Source: Parcubacteria group bacterium GW2011_GWA1_56_13
GTDB lineage: Bacteria; Patescibacteriota; Minisyncoccia; Phycocordibacterales; Phycocordibacteraceae
Reading direction: 5' to 3'
DNA: 64,000 bases
NCBI GenBank assembly: GCA_001004905.1
Contig: LCRY01000002.1
Coordinates: 199,251 to 263,250, forward strand
A program made the translations under genes and the position numbers. Under the pieces are notes generated by a model. The model was not told the DNA's origin. It worked only from the letters and a program-made list of their open reading frames with translations, and did not search any database. Positions 27,336 through 36,897 of the stretch are shown here, one piece after another; within the stretch, counting starts at the first letter, position 1, and the number at the start of each line of letters is the position of its first letter.

Positions 27336-27421
27336 ATGTGGGGATAACTTCACACAAAATATGGGAAGAAGTGGTATATACTTACCTACCAGTGGGAAGA
27401 AGTGGGGAATGGGAGTGGTGG
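27336..27421 (+). promoter_or_regulatory. MraZ-type operator: clustered GTGGG/TGGGA direct repeats (including two copies of TGGGAAGAAGTGG) upstream of mraZ
   Basis: Repeats read directly at 27347, 27362, 27371, 27391, 27401, 27410 and 27415. Confidence 0.55.
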
Positions 27422-27453
27422 CCCGTTCTCGTGTTCCGACCGCTACTTTTGTC

Positions 27454-27879
27454 ATGTTCATCGGAGAATACCTGCACACTCTCGACCCGAAGAATCGAAT
27501 CTCGCTTCCGGCAAAGTTCCGGAAAGATCTGGGCCGCGCCGTCATCATGACGCGCGGTCTTGATCGCTGTCTCTTCGTCTACCCGAAGGCGGCATGGCAA
27601 AGAGAAGCGGGAAGCCGTGCGGTGCATGCAGGCGGCACGTCGGCGGCGCGCGGGCTGGCGCGACTGTTCCTCGCCGGAGCGATGGAAGCGGAGGTCGATG
27701 CGGTCGGTCGCGTCCTCGTCCCGGACCATTTGAAGAGCTTTGCAGGATTGAAGAACAAGACGGTCATCGCTGGCGTCGCGAACCGTGTCGAGATATGGGA
27801 CGCTGCGGCGTGGAAGAAGTACACGGCCGCGATCGAACGTGATGCCGACGTGTTCGCGGAGAAGATCGGCGACCGTTGA
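27454..27879 (+). CDS. mraZ: division/cell-wall cluster transcriptional regulator MraZ
   Basis: Duplicated SpoVT/AbrB-like halves with DxxxRxxxP motifs. Confidence 0.85.
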   Translation: MFIGEYLHTLDPKNRISLPAKFRKDLGRAVIMTRGLDRCLFVYPKAAWQREAGSRAVHAGGTSAARGLARLFLAGAMEAEVDAVGRVLVPDHLKSFAGLKNKTVIAGVANRVEIWDAAAWKKYTAAIERDADVFAEKIGDR

Positions 27880-27886
27880 TATTGAT

Positions 27887-28855
27887 ATGCAGGCGAAACA
27901 CGAGAGCGTACTTATGAGTGAGGTTCTGCAAGCCCTTGCGGTGCAGCCGGGCGATACGGTCGTGGACGCGACCATCGGAGGAGCGGGACATTTTGCAAAA
28001 ATACTAGCCGCCCTCGGAGAGGGCGGCATCATTATCGGCATTGACGCTGATCCCGGAGCCGTGGAGCGCGGACGCGAAGCGTATGCCGCGGACCGCCGGC
28101 CCGAGAGACCGGTCGCGCATTTGGTAAATGACAATTTCCGCAATCTCGCGCGCATCCTGGAACGGCTCGGCATCGGCTCCGTGAATGCCATAGTGTTCGA
28201 TCTTGGCTGGAGCGGGTACCAGATCGCCGCGCCTCGCGGGTTCTCGTTCTCTGCCGGCGGGGAAGAGCCGCTCCTCATGACATATGGACTGCCTGCGCGG
28301 GCGGGCGAGAGCGGTCCTTCGGCCGGACTCGGGACGGGCCAGACGGCGGCGGACATCGTGAACAGTTTTTCCGAGGCAGAACTAGCCGATCTTATTTTTA
28401 CCTTCGGCGACGAACGTTTCGCGCGAAGCATCGCGCATGCCATCGTGGCCGCGCGCTCTTCGGGACGAATTCTTACGACCGGAGCCCTCGTTGCTGCGAT
28501 ACAGGCGGGCACGCCCGCGTGGTATCAAAGGAAAAAAATCCATCCCGCGACTAAGACCTTTCAGGCGCTTCGCATCGCGGTCAATGACGAGATCGCGGCG
28601 CTCCGAGAGGGGCTCGCCGCCGCCCTTCATTCGCTCGCGCAAGACGGGCGGCTCGTCGTCATTTCCTTCCATAGCATCGAGGATCGTGTCGTGAAAAACA
28701 TACTGCGTGACGCCGTGCGCGCGGGGCTCGGCTCGGTTTCGCCAAAAAAACCGATCGTGCCGGCGCGCTCGGAGATCCTCGCTAATCGCCGCGCCCGCAG
28801 CGCGAAATTGCGCGTATTCAGACGTTCCGCCGCCCCCCTCTCCACGTATGCGTAA
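27887..28855 (+). CDS. rsmH: 16S rRNA (cytosine1402-N4)-methyltransferase RsmH
   Basis: SAM-binding DATxGxGGH; conserved throughout. Confidence 0.88.
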   Translation: MQAKHESVLMSEVLQALAVQPGDTVVDATIGGAGHFAKILAALGEGGIIIGIDADPGAVERGREAYAADRRPERPVAHLVNDNFRNLARILERLGIGSVNAIVFDLGWSGYQIAAPRGFSFSAGGEEPLLMTYGLPARAGESGPSAGLGTGQTAADIVNSFSEAELADLIFTFGDERFARSIAHAIVAARSSGRILTTGALVAAIQAGTPAWYQRKKIHPATKTFQALRIAVNDEIAALREGLAAALHSLAQDGRLVVISFHSIEDRVVKNILRDAVRAGLGSVSPKKPIVPARSEILANRRARSAKLRVFRRSAAPLSTYA

Positions 28856-29141
28856 CGTTCGCCTCCATATGCCGTTCTCCTTGGTATCGCTTATGGGGGG
28901 TACGGTCGCGGTGCTCGTGGTCGCCTATCTTGCGCTCATTGCCGTTGTTATGAGTTATGCGGCCCTCACCATCGAATTCTCGCAGTCGCTCCGAAATGAC
29001 GAGGCATCGGTTGCCGCCCTTGAAGGTCAGTATCTCGCCGCCGTGGCGCACATCACCGCGCTCGATTACACGGCGGCCGGTTATGCACAGCCCGTCCTCA
29101 AGACATTCGTGAGAGCGAAGAGTGTGACCGCACTGCGCTAG
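28848..29141 (+). CDS. ftsL: cell division protein FtsL-like (small bitopic protein)
   Basis: About 97 aa with a single TM helix, between rsmH and ftsI. Confidence 0.55.
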   Translation: MRNVRLHMPFSLVSLMGGTVAVLVVAYLALIAVVMSYAALTIEFSQSLRNDEASVAALEGQYLAAVAHITALDYTAAGYAQPVLKTFVRAKSVTALR

Positions 29142-29146
29142 GGATC

Positions 29147-30901
29147 ATGCGCGCCCAGTTCCGCTCCCGTATCCGTCTCGTTCTCGCATTCCTTATTTTT
29201 GCGGCGCTCGGCATCATCCTGCGCCTTTACTTCGTCCAGATCGTGTACGGCGAAGATTACTCGCGGAAGGCGGACCGGCAATTCTCTTCCGGCGGCGGCG
29301 AGCTCTTCGACCGGGGCTCGATCTACTTCGCCCGCAAGGATGGCGCGCTTATTTCGGCGGCCACGCTCGGTTCCGGATTCCTCGTGGCGATAAATCCGCA
29401 GGTGCTCGCCGATCCTGCAGCCGCTTATTCCGCAATAACGGCCGTTGCCACCACGACGGTGAGTCGCGACGCATTCTTCGCGGCCGCCGCAAAGAAAGCA
29501 CAGGTGTATATCGAGGTCGCCCACCGCCTTTCCGAAACCAGCGGCCAGGCGCTCGCCGCGAAAGCCATTCCCGGCGTGCAGGTGCTCCGCGAACGATGGC
29601 GCCAATACCCGGGCGCAACGCTCGCTTCGCAGACCATAGGCATCGTGTCGTATGGTTCCGGGGACTCGCTCGCCGGACGAACCGGTCTTGAAGCCGTGTA
29701 TGACGGAACGCTCTCACGTTCGGGGGATTCGCTCTATAGGAATTTTTTCGCGGAACTTTTTTCGAACGTAGGGAATTTGTTGGTGAACGCCAGAGATGCG
29801 CGGCACGGTGACATCGTGACGACCATAGAGCCGGAAGTGCAAACGCGGCTCTCGAGCGACCTTGTAAAGCTGACCGAGCGGTATGGGAGCAAGGAATCCG
29901 GCGGCATCATCATGGACCCCGCCACGGGGGCAATCCTGGCTATCGCAAGCCACCCGACCTATGACGGGAACAACCTGCAGAACGTCGATCCCTTGCTCTT
30001 GGGAAATCCGTTCGCGGAGCACATTCATGAATTCGGCTCTATCATGAAGCCTCTCACGATGACGGCGGCGCTTGATGCGGGGGTAGTCACGCCGGAGACG
30101 ACCTATAACGATACGGGATGCATCACGGTCAACACGAGGCAGATATGTAATTGGGACCTGAAGGCGCGCGGCGTCATTCCCATGCGGCAGATCATCATGC
30201 AGTCCCTGAATGTAGGCGCCTCGTGGCTCGCGACGGAGATGGGGCAGGCGACCTTTCGCGGTTATTTCACGAAGCTTTTCGGCGAGAAGACGGGCATAGA
30301 CCTGCCGAACGAAACCGGCGCTCTGTTAGGAAACCTCTCGAAGCCCCAGCAGGTCGGTTTCGACACGGCCGCGTTCGGACAGGGAATCGCGGTAACGCCT
30401 TTGCAAATGATCCGCGCCCTAGGCGCGCTCGCGAACGGAGGCACCATGGTGACGCCGCATCTCGTGAGCGCAGTGCGTCTCAATTCGGGCATCGTGCGCA
30501 CGCTCGACTGGGGCGGGCGCGTGCCGGTCTTTGCGACGAGCTCCGTGCGCGAGACGGTCAGCATGATGGGTGCGCTGAATGATGAGATCCTCTACAATGG
30601 CAAAGCGAAGATACCGACGATGTCGGTGGCGGTGAAAACCGGCACGGCGCAGCTCACCGCTCCGGGCGGCGGCTACTATACGGACCGCTTTTTCCATTCG
30701 TTCGTCGGTTTCTTTCCCTCGTACAGTCCGCGATTCATCATCCTGCTCTACACGAACGACCCGAAAGGCGTACAGTACGCATCCGAAACGCTGGATACCA
30801 CCTTCCTTGACCTTGTGCACTTTCTCATTGACTATTACGCAGTACCGCCCGATCGGGGCCTGTCTGCGCAGGCAGACCTACCGGCCGCCACACGTTTATG
30901 A
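29147..30901 (+). CDS. ftsI: penicillin-binding protein (FtsI/PBP3-like, class B transpeptidase)
   Basis: TM anchor plus transpeptidase motifs (SIMKP, SxN, KTGT). Confidence 0.85.
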   Translation: MRAQFRSRIRLVLAFLIFAALGIILRLYFVQIVYGEDYSRKADRQFSSGGGELFDRGSIYFARKDGALISAATLGSGFLVAINPQVLADPAAAYSAITAVATTTVSRDAFFAAAAKKAQVYIEVAHRLSETSGQALAAKAIPGVQVLRERWRQYPGATLASQTIGIVSYGSGDSLAGRTGLEAVYDGTLSRSGDSLYRNFFAELFSNVGNLLVNARDARHGDIVTTIEPEVQTRLSSDLVKLTERYGSKESGGIIMDPATGAILAIASHPTYDGNNLQNVDPLLLGNPFAEHIHEFGSIMKPLTMTAALDAGVVTPETTYNDTGCITVNTRQICNWDLKARGVIPMRQIIMQSLNVGASWLATEMGQATFRGYFTKLFGEKTGIDLPNETGALLGNLSKPQQVGFDTAAFGQGIAVTPLQMIRALGALANGGTMVTPHLVSAVRLNSGIVRTLDWGGRVPVFATSSVRETVSMMGALNDEILYNGKAKIPTMSVAVKTGTAQLTAPGGGYYTDRFFHSFVGFFPSYSPRFIILLYTNDPKGVQYASETLDTTFLDLVHFLIDYYAVPPDRGLSAQADLPAATRL

Positions 30902-32172
30902 AATCATTCCTAAAAATGATCGTTGCCAATATGCTCGCCATTGTTGCGCGGGCGGTCGTACATCGCTACGCGCCGCGTATCGTGATGGTAACCGGTTCGG
31001 TGGGGAAGAGTTCGACGAAAGATGCGATCGCCGCAGTTCTTGCAAAGCGTTTTTTCGTTCGTAAAAGCGAAAAGAATCTCAATACCGAATTCGGTGTCCC
31101 GTACACCATTCTGGGAGTGAAGGATCCATGGGGGACCTTCTTCGGCTGGGTTTCCGTTATGAAGGCCTCGCTCGCCCTTCTTCTCTTACCCAACCACTAT
31201 CCGAACTTGCTCGTGCTCGAGGTGGGGGCGGACAGGCCCGGCGACCTCGCACGGATACTCTCCATCGCGAACCCGGTCGCAGTAGTGGTGACGCGCCTTC
31301 CGGAGGTCCCGGTGCACGTCGAGGCCTATTCTTCGCCCGAAGCGGTGCGGGAGGAGGAATTCTCTCCCGCCTATTCGCTCAAGAACGGCGAGCCGCTTAT
31401 TCTCTCGGCCGATGATCCCTATGCGCTTGATAGCGCGGTACGGACCTCGGCGCGCATCATTTCATACGGCACCTCGGAGGATTCCATGGTGCGCATAAGC
31501 GATATCGGTTTTTACGAATCGGGAGGAAAGGTTGCCGGTATGCAGGCGACTATCAGCATGAACGGGCAGCAAGAGAATCTGGTCGTGAAGGGTTCGGTAG
31601 GCACGACGCATCTGTTACCGGCCGCGGCCGCGGTTGCCCTCGCGGGAGCGTTTGACATACCGCTTCCCGAAGCCCTCAAAGCACTCGATGGATACGAGCC
31701 GCCGCCGGGCCGCGGCCGCCTTTTTGCAGGGATAAAGGGCTCGATTATTATTGACGATTCATACAACGCTTCGCCCGTCGCAGTCGAGGAAGCACTTTCT
31801 ACGCTGAAGTCATTTCCGCGCGCGAAGAGGCGTATTGCCGTCCTGGGCGACATGCTCGAGCTCGGACGCTATTCGGCGATAGAGCACGATCGCATAGGCG
31901 CTCTCGCGAAGGACTCGGCCGATATTGTGGTCGCCATCGGTGTCCGGACGCGCGCATTCGCCGCCGCGAAGGGGAAAACCGAGGTCATGCTGTTCAATAC
32001 CGCACGCGCGGCGGCGGAAGCTCTTCCTGCACTCATCCGGAAAGATGATGCCATTCTCGTTAAAGGTTCCCAATCCATGCGCACCGAGCGCGTTGTGGAG
32101 GCAATGCTTGCGCATCCTTCGGACGCATTGTTCCTCGTTCGCCAAGAGCGCGAATGGAAGCGAAAGGTATGA
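30898..32172 (+). CDS. murF: UDP-N-acetylmuramoyl-tripeptide--D-alanyl-D-alanine ligase
   Basis: Mur ligase P-loop GSVGKSS; full-length similarity. Confidence 0.88.
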   Translation: MKSFLKMIVANMLAIVARAVVHRYAPRIVMVTGSVGKSSTKDAIAAVLAKRFFVRKSEKNLNTEFGVPYTILGVKDPWGTFFGWVSVMKASLALLLLPNHYPNLLVLEVGADRPGDLARILSIANPVAVVVTRLPEVPVHVEAYSSPEAVREEEFSPAYSLKNGEPLILSADDPYALDSAVRTSARIISYGTSEDSMVRISDIGFYESGGKVAGMQATISMNGQQENLVVKGSVGTTHLLPAAAAVALAGAFDIPLPEALKALDGYEPPPGRGRLFAGIKGSIIIDDSYNASPVAVEEALSTLKSFPRAKRRIAVLGDMLELGRYSAIEHDRIGALAKDSADIVVAIGVRTRAFAAAKGKTEVMLFNTARAAAEALPALIRKDDAILVKGSQSMRTERVVEAMLAHPSDALFLVRQEREWKRKV

Positions 32173-32306
32173 TTCGTAATCCATATGTATGTAACGAGTG
32201 CGGTCTTAAATACGAATCAGAAGAATTGAAAAATAGATGTGAAGCGTGGTGCAAGGAACACCACAGTTGCAATCTCGAGATAATCGAGCACGCAATCAAG
32301 GATTAG
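32169..32306 (+). CDS. small zinc-ribbon protein (45 aa, CxxC...CxxxC; below the ORF-track cutoff); start ATG overlaps the murF stop (ATGA)
   Basis: MIRNPYVCNECGLKYESEELKNRCEAWCKEHHSCNLEIIEHAIKD*; RBS GAAAGG inside the murF 3' end. Confidence 0.5.
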   Translation: MIRNPYVCNECGLKYESEELKNRCEAWCKEHHSCNLEIIEHAIKD

Positions 32307-32321
32307 TTATCTTTCGTTTTG

Positions 32322-32393
32322 TGACCTCACGGGGAATCGAACCCCGGTTCCATCCTTGAGAAGGATGTGTCCTAGCCGCTAGACGATGAGGCC
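32322..32393 (-). tRNA. tRNA-Glu (CTC), no encoded CCA
   Basis: Hand-folded: GGCCTCA/TGAGGTC acceptor, anticodon loop TTCTCAA, T-arm CGGGG-TTCGATT-CCCCG. Confidence 0.85.
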
Positions 32394-32469
32394 TCGCTCA
32401 CAAGTTACGGCCGAGAGCCGTCAATGTTTTATAACAGAAAAATGCGGAAGTGGAAAGACAAATATAAAA

Positions 32470-32497
32470 ACTAACGGCATCCCGTGAGGGATGCCGT
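32470..32497 (-). terminator. hairpin AACGGCATCCC-TCAC-GGGATGCCGTT followed by a T-rich tract on the minus strand; terminator for the 32499-32906 gene
   Basis: Read directly. Confidence 0.5.
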
Positions 32498-32498
32498 T

Positions 32499-32906
32499 TC
32501 AGGCCTTGAAGGCGAGCTGATGACTGCCGTCCTTCTCTTCGAATACTTCGAGCGGCTTGTCGGCCTTCTTTCCCGCTTTCGCCTTGGCGGAAGTGCGGCC
32601 GGCCGTGACTTTTCCCACCGCTTTGTCCCGGACCTTTTTGCGAGCGCCGTGGGTCCCGAAATACGAACCCATGACCCAGCGATAGTTGTCGCGCTCCCAT
32701 TCCTTGCGGATATGGAATTCGTTCAAAGCGCTCCGCAGCGCCTCTTCGAAGCTGTAGTGCAGTTCCTTGTTCGAGTAGAGCTCGGCTACCTTATACGCCA
32801 AGGTAAACACAAGCTGTTTATTCACCAGCGGACCCTTTCTTCCTTTCCTTTGGCTCTCTTTACGTATCGCGACCCCCAACTGATACAAATTGATGGCGAT
32901 GGCCAC
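32499..32906 (-). CDS. hypothetical protein with a Lys/Ala-rich histone-H1-like C-terminal tail
   Basis: C-terminal AKAKAGKKADK tract; protein-like composition. Confidence 0.5.
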   Translation of the reverse strand: MAIAINLYQLGVAIRKESQRKGRKGPLVNKQLVFTLAYKVAELYSNKELHYSFEEALRSALNEFHIRKEWERDNYRWVMGSYFGTHGARKKVRDKAVGKVTAGRTSAKAKAGKKADKPLEVFEEKDGSHQLAFKA

Positions 32907-32971
32907 TCGTTCCTCCTGCTATCTGGTTGTTCTGTGTCCTGCTGTGTATATACGACAAAGCGAAGCAAGTG

Positions 32972-33214
32972 TCAATGCATTTCCCGTGACTTCTCTTCGA
33001 GCGCCAACACGATGTTTGGATCGGGCGGGAGAACGTCCCCTTCTTCGTTCACGTGGTAGAGCTTCTCGCGCTGGGAGAACTCTTCCTTTTCCAGTGTTTT
33101 CTTATACGCGCGCCGCAGTCCCGCCCGGATGCCTCCTTCTGCGCCCATTTTGGAGAGTTTTTCGGTATCATCCGCCAACTGCGCTTGTCGTACTTTTTCC
33201 GGTTTTCTTTCCAT
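32972..33214 (-). CDS. hypothetical protein (80 aa, acidic)
   Basis: ORF on the same strand as its neighbours. Confidence 0.4.
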   Translation of the reverse strand: MERKPEKVRQAQLADDTEKLSKMGAEGGIRAGLRRAYKKTLEKEEFSQREKLYHVNEEGDVLPPDPNIVLALEEKSREMH

Positions 33215-33224
33215 ACAAGTTACA

Positions 33225-33680
33225 TTAAGAAAGTATAGTATCCACCACCGCTTTCACATCGCCTCCGTCGGCTTTTCCTTTGAGCTCTTTCATGAGCATG
33301 CCGGTGAATTTGCCCGCTTCGGTTTTACCTGAAATGTTCATCTCGGCCATTTTCTTCTTTGCGACGGCGGTTATTTCCTCGCGGCTCATCTGGGCGGGAA
33401 GATAGGACTCAAGAATGGCGAGCTCGGCCTTTTCCGGCTCGGCGAGGTCGTTGCGCGACGCCTTTTCGAATTGTTCAATGGAGTCCTTGCGCTGATTGGC
33501 GGCGCGTTTTAGAACGACGATCGCCTCGTCATCGGTGAGGAGCTCGTCGGGCTTGCGCTTCTTGGCGACGACTTCGTTGGTCATCGCGGTAACGAGCGAG
33601 CGGAGCGTTCGGAGCCGCACTTCATCATGGGCGCGCAGCGCATCGGGAATGGATTTTTTCAGTGTTTCGTGGATAGCCAT
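33225..33680 (-). CDS. GatB/YqeY domain-containing protein
   Basis: Conserved YqeY sequence (...LKKSIP..LRA.D..RL..LR...). Confidence 0.85.
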   Translation of the reverse strand: MAIHETLKKSIPDALRAHDEVRLRTLRSLVTAMTNEVVAKKRKPDELLTDDEAIVVLKRAANQRKDSIEQFEKASRNDLAEPEKAELAILESYLPAQMSREEITAVAKKKMAEMNISGKTEAGKFTGMLMKELKGKADGGDVKAVVDTILS

Positions 33681-33703
33681 GGCCGAAGTATACTATACCT
33701 ACT

Positions 33704-34756
33704 ATGGACACCGCGACCGCCGTCCTCCTTATCGTTTTGCTTTTAGCCACTCAGGGCGTCGTCCTCTATTTTGTTCTGCGCCGCCGCGGATCTCCGCCCG
33801 AACAGAGCGGCCTGGTCCTGCTGCAGCAGCAGATGCAGGAACTGGCCCGCACGCTTGATGCGCGCGTCTCGGAGTCGTCGCGCACGATGCAGGAGAACGC
33901 GCACCGGCAGTTCTCGGAGTCCTCACGGCTCATCAAGGAGATAACGACGGAGCTTACGTCGGTGAAAGAAATCGGCCGTCAGACGCAGACGTACGCCGAA
34001 CAGCTCCAGTCGCTCCAGGACTTGCTCAAGAATCCCAAGCAACGCGGTATCCTCGGTGAGTACTATCTCGAGACGGTATTAAAGAACGTGATGTCGCCTG
34101 AGGATTATCGTATCCAATACATGTTCAAGAACGGCGAGGTGGTGGATGCGGTCATTGTCATCAATAAGAAGCTCGTTCCGGTGGACTCGAAGTTCTCACT
34201 CGATAATTACAACCGTTTCGTAAGCACGCCGGTAGGGACCCCCGAGCGCGCGGCCGCTGAGAAAGTGTTCGTAAACGACCTCAAACTGCGTATCCAGGAG
34301 ACGGCGAAATATATCCGCCCGGAAGAAGATACGATGGATTTCGCCTTCATGTTTATCCCGTCAGAGGGAATTTACTATGACCTTTTAACCAACCAGATAG
34401 GCGGTGGCGAGGACGAAAACCTTATCCAGAGGGCGGCGAGCAAATATAAGGTCATCATCGTTTCGCCCACCTCCTTCCTGGCCTACCTCCAGACGGTGAT
34501 GCAGGGCCTGAAGGCGCTCCAAATCGAGCAGAAAGCCGTTGATATCCAGAAGCGGGTAGGGGAACTGGGGAAGCATATCGGTGCCTACGAGGAGTTCTAC
34601 CGCAAGCTTGGCATCTCACTCAGCACTTCCGTCAGCCATTACAACGCGGGCTACAAGGAGCTCGGCAAGATAGATAAGGACGTGTATCGCATCGCGGAAT
34701 CAAAGATCGGCATCGAACCTGGATTGCTGGACAAGCCGAGCGTAGAATTTGACTAG
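33704..34756 (+). CDS. rmuC: DNA recombination protein RmuC
   Basis: N-terminal TM, coiled coil, RmuC nuclease-like C-domain. Confidence 0.85.
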   Translation: MDTATAVLLIVLLLATQGVVLYFVLRRRGSPPEQSGLVLLQQQMQELARTLDARVSESSRTMQENAHRQFSESSRLIKEITTELTSVKEIGRQTQTYAEQLQSLQDLLKNPKQRGILGEYYLETVLKNVMSPEDYRIQYMFKNGEVVDAVIVINKKLVPVDSKFSLDNYNRFVSTPVGTPERAAAEKVFVNDLKLRIQETAKYIRPEEDTMDFAFMFIPSEGIYYDLLTNQIGGGEDENLIQRAASKYKVIIVSPTSFLAYLQTVMQGLKALQIEQKAVDIQKRVGELGKHIGAYEEFYRKLGISLSTSVSHYNAGYKELGKIDKDVYRIAESKIGIEPGLLDKPSVEFD

Positions 34757-34808
34757 AATAACGAAGTGATGTATAGTGGGTCTCGGTATTTCGACAAAGG
34801 GAGGTGGT

Positions 34809-34997
34809 ATGACCACGTACATCGTTGCATACGCAGGGGCTGTTCTTCTGTTCGGCATCGGTCTTTGCTTCGTGTTTCTCGCGGGCCGATGCTGGCAGCA
34901 TGTGGATGGTCGCACCGGGAGCGCTGTCTGCATGCTGCTTGCCGTGAGCATGCTTTGGGGCTCGCTTTTCTCACTTCCGGCTGCGACGTGCCAGTGA
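34809..34997 (+). CDS. small membrane protein (62 aa)
   Basis: GGGAGGTGG RBS; two TM helices; hairpin terminator at about 35019-35058. Confidence 0.5.
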   Translation: MTTYIVAYAGAVLLFGIGLCFVFLAGRCWQHVDGRTGSAVCMLLAVSMLWGSLFSLPAATCQ

Positions 34998-35081
34998 GGG
35001 AGCCGGGGAAACGTGCGACACAAGACGGGTCTTTCGATCCGTCTTGTCTTTTTGCCAGTTAGATGCTACAGTCACGAGACT

Positions 35082-35399
35082 ATGGAAGTGGCCGTAATTA
35101 AGACCGGCGGGAAGCAGTATGTCGTCCAGAAGGGCGACACGATCGTTATTGAGAAGCTCCCGGGGGATTTGAAAAAAGGTGACACGGTTGTATTTGGCGA
35201 GGTGCTCCTCGTCGACAACGGCTCGGACACGACCATCGGCGCGCCCGCTATCAAGGGTGCGGAGGTCAAGGGCACCGTTGTTCTCGCCGGATTGGATAAG
35301 AAAGTCGAGGTGGTGAAATACAAGCCGAAAAGCCGCTACTATAAGCGCAAAGGCCATCGCCAGCCGATCCTGAAAGTGAAGATCGATTCGATTTCTTAA
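35082..35399 (+). CDS. rplU: 50S ribosomal protein L21
   Basis: MEVAVIKTGGKQY...KYKPKSRYYKRKGHRQ. Confidence 0.9.
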   Translation: MEVAVIKTGGKQYVVQKGDTIVIEKLPGDLKKGDTVVFGEVLLVDNGSDTTIGAPAIKGAEVKGTVVLAGLDKKVEVVKYKPKSRYYKRKGHRQPILKVKIDSIS

Positions 35400-35482
35400 A
35401 CTCCTTACATTCTTCGAGAACGGACTTCGTTACAAGGGCTTTTTGCCTTTATCTTTCATTTTATTTATCTAGCAGAAACAAT

Positions 35483-36835
35483 ATGCAAATAGGGCGTTGG
35501 AATCATCAATCAGCAGGGAATCATTCGGGATCTTCAGGGAGTTCGCATGGCGGACGCCCGTATTCGCCGCGCCCACATGAGAAAGGCGCGGACGCTTTTT
35601 CGCAAGGGAAGCCGTCGCGGGGCGGCCGGGCGAGCCGCTTCCCATCGCGGGGCGGTTACGGCAGCCGAGGCGGTTATCGCGGACGGGGTGGCGTACGTCG
35701 CGGCGGTTTCGGCTCGTTCGGGCAGACGGAAGCCGAGATATCGAAATTCATGAACAAAACGGTCGTCACGACCGAGGAGCCGGTATTCGTGCCCGAACAC
35801 ACATTCTCCGACTTCGACATCAACGAGCATCTGAAAAAGAACATACTTGCGCGCAAGTACGAGCTTCCGACTCCCATTCAGGACAAGGCCATTCCGCACG
35901 CGCTTCTCGGACAGGACGTGGTCGGCCTCGCAGAAACCGGAACAGGGAAGACGGCGGCGTTCCTCATTCCGCTCATTGACAAGGTTATGAAGCAAAAAGG
36001 CGAGCGTATCCTCGTTATGGCGCCGACGCGCGAGCTTGCCGTGCAGATAGAAAAAGAACTTGCCGGCTTCGCACGGGGACTCGGCTTCCGTGGCATGGTG
36101 GCGGTGGGCGGGGCGAATATCGGCCCGCAGATCTCCCAACTGAAGCACGAACCGGCATTCGTCATCGGCACGCCCGGACGGCTCAAGGACCTGATGGAGC
36201 GCCGTGCGCTGAATCTGTCCGGTTTTGGGACCGTTGTGCTCGACGAAGCGGACCGAATGCTCGACATGGGGTTCATTGATGACATGCGCTTTATATTGGG
36301 AAAGATGCGCAAGGAGCGTCATACGCTTTTCTTCTCGGCAACGATGTCGAAGGACATCGAGCGGCTCATCGGCGACTTCCTCACGAGTCCCGTTGTCATT
36401 TCGGTAAAGAAACGCGACACTCCTTCAAGCGTTGATCAGGATGTCGTTCGCATTCCGTCCGGAAAAGATAAATTCGAGGTACTAGCTGAAATGCTGAAAG
36501 ACCGGGCATTCAGCCGCGTACTCGTCTTCGGGCGCACCAAGTTCGGGGTAGAGAAACTTGCGAAAGCGCTTTCTCGCCGGCATATTCACGCCGAGAGTAT
36601 CCATGGCAACAAGACCCATGGTGCCCGCATACGCGCACTCGAGGCCTTCAAGAGCGGAAAAGTGAGCGTGCTCGTGGCGACCGATGTGGCTGCGCGGGGT
36701 CTCGACATTCCGGCCGTTTCGCATGTCATCAACTATGACCTGCCTTCGACGTACGAGGACTATATTCACCGCATCGGCCGCACCGGCCGGGCCACGCTCA
36801 AAGGCAAGGCGCTGACGTTCGTGCAAGGCCGCTAA
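35483..36835 (+). CDS. DEAD-box ATP-dependent RNA helicase with an N-terminal Gly/Arg-rich (RGG) extension
   Basis: Q-motif, AETGTGKT, DEAD, SAT and HRIGRTGR motifs. Confidence 0.9.
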   Translation: MQIGRWNHQSAGNHSGSSGSSHGGRPYSPRPHEKGADAFSQGKPSRGGRASRFPSRGGYGSRGGYRGRGGVRRGGFGSFGQTEAEISKFMNKTVVTTEEPVFVPEHTFSDFDINEHLKKNILARKYELPTPIQDKAIPHALLGQDVVGLAETGTGKTAAFLIPLIDKVMKQKGERILVMAPTRELAVQIEKELAGFARGLGFRGMVAVGGANIGPQISQLKHEPAFVIGTPGRLKDLMERRALNLSGFGTVVLDEADRMLDMGFIDDMRFILGKMRKERHTLFFSATMSKDIERLIGDFLTSPVVISVKKRDTPSSVDQDVVRIPSGKDKFEVLAEMLKDRAFSRVLVFGRTKFGVEKLAKALSRRHIHAESIHGNKTHGARIRALEAFKSGKVSVLVATDVAARGLDIPAVSHVINYDLPSTYEDYIHRIGRTGRATLKGKALTFVQGR

Positions 36836-36856
36836 TACCCAAGAACACCAATCAGC

Positions 36857-36895
36857 AAAATGGCCACTTCGAAGTGGCCATTTTCGTTTTTCTTC
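36857..36895 (+). terminator. rho-independent terminator (AATGGCCACTTC/GAAGTGGCCATT followed by TTCGTTTTTCTTC)
   Basis: Read directly. Confidence 0.7.
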
Positions 36896-36897
36896 AA

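Noticed and set aside
27382-28512. 376-aa minus-strand ORF
   Set aside because: Antisense to mraZ and rsmH, both of which have clear motifs
35400-35482. Expected rpmA (L27) directly after rplU
   Set aside because: No ORF there; L27 is encoded separately at 55381-55653 on the minus strand
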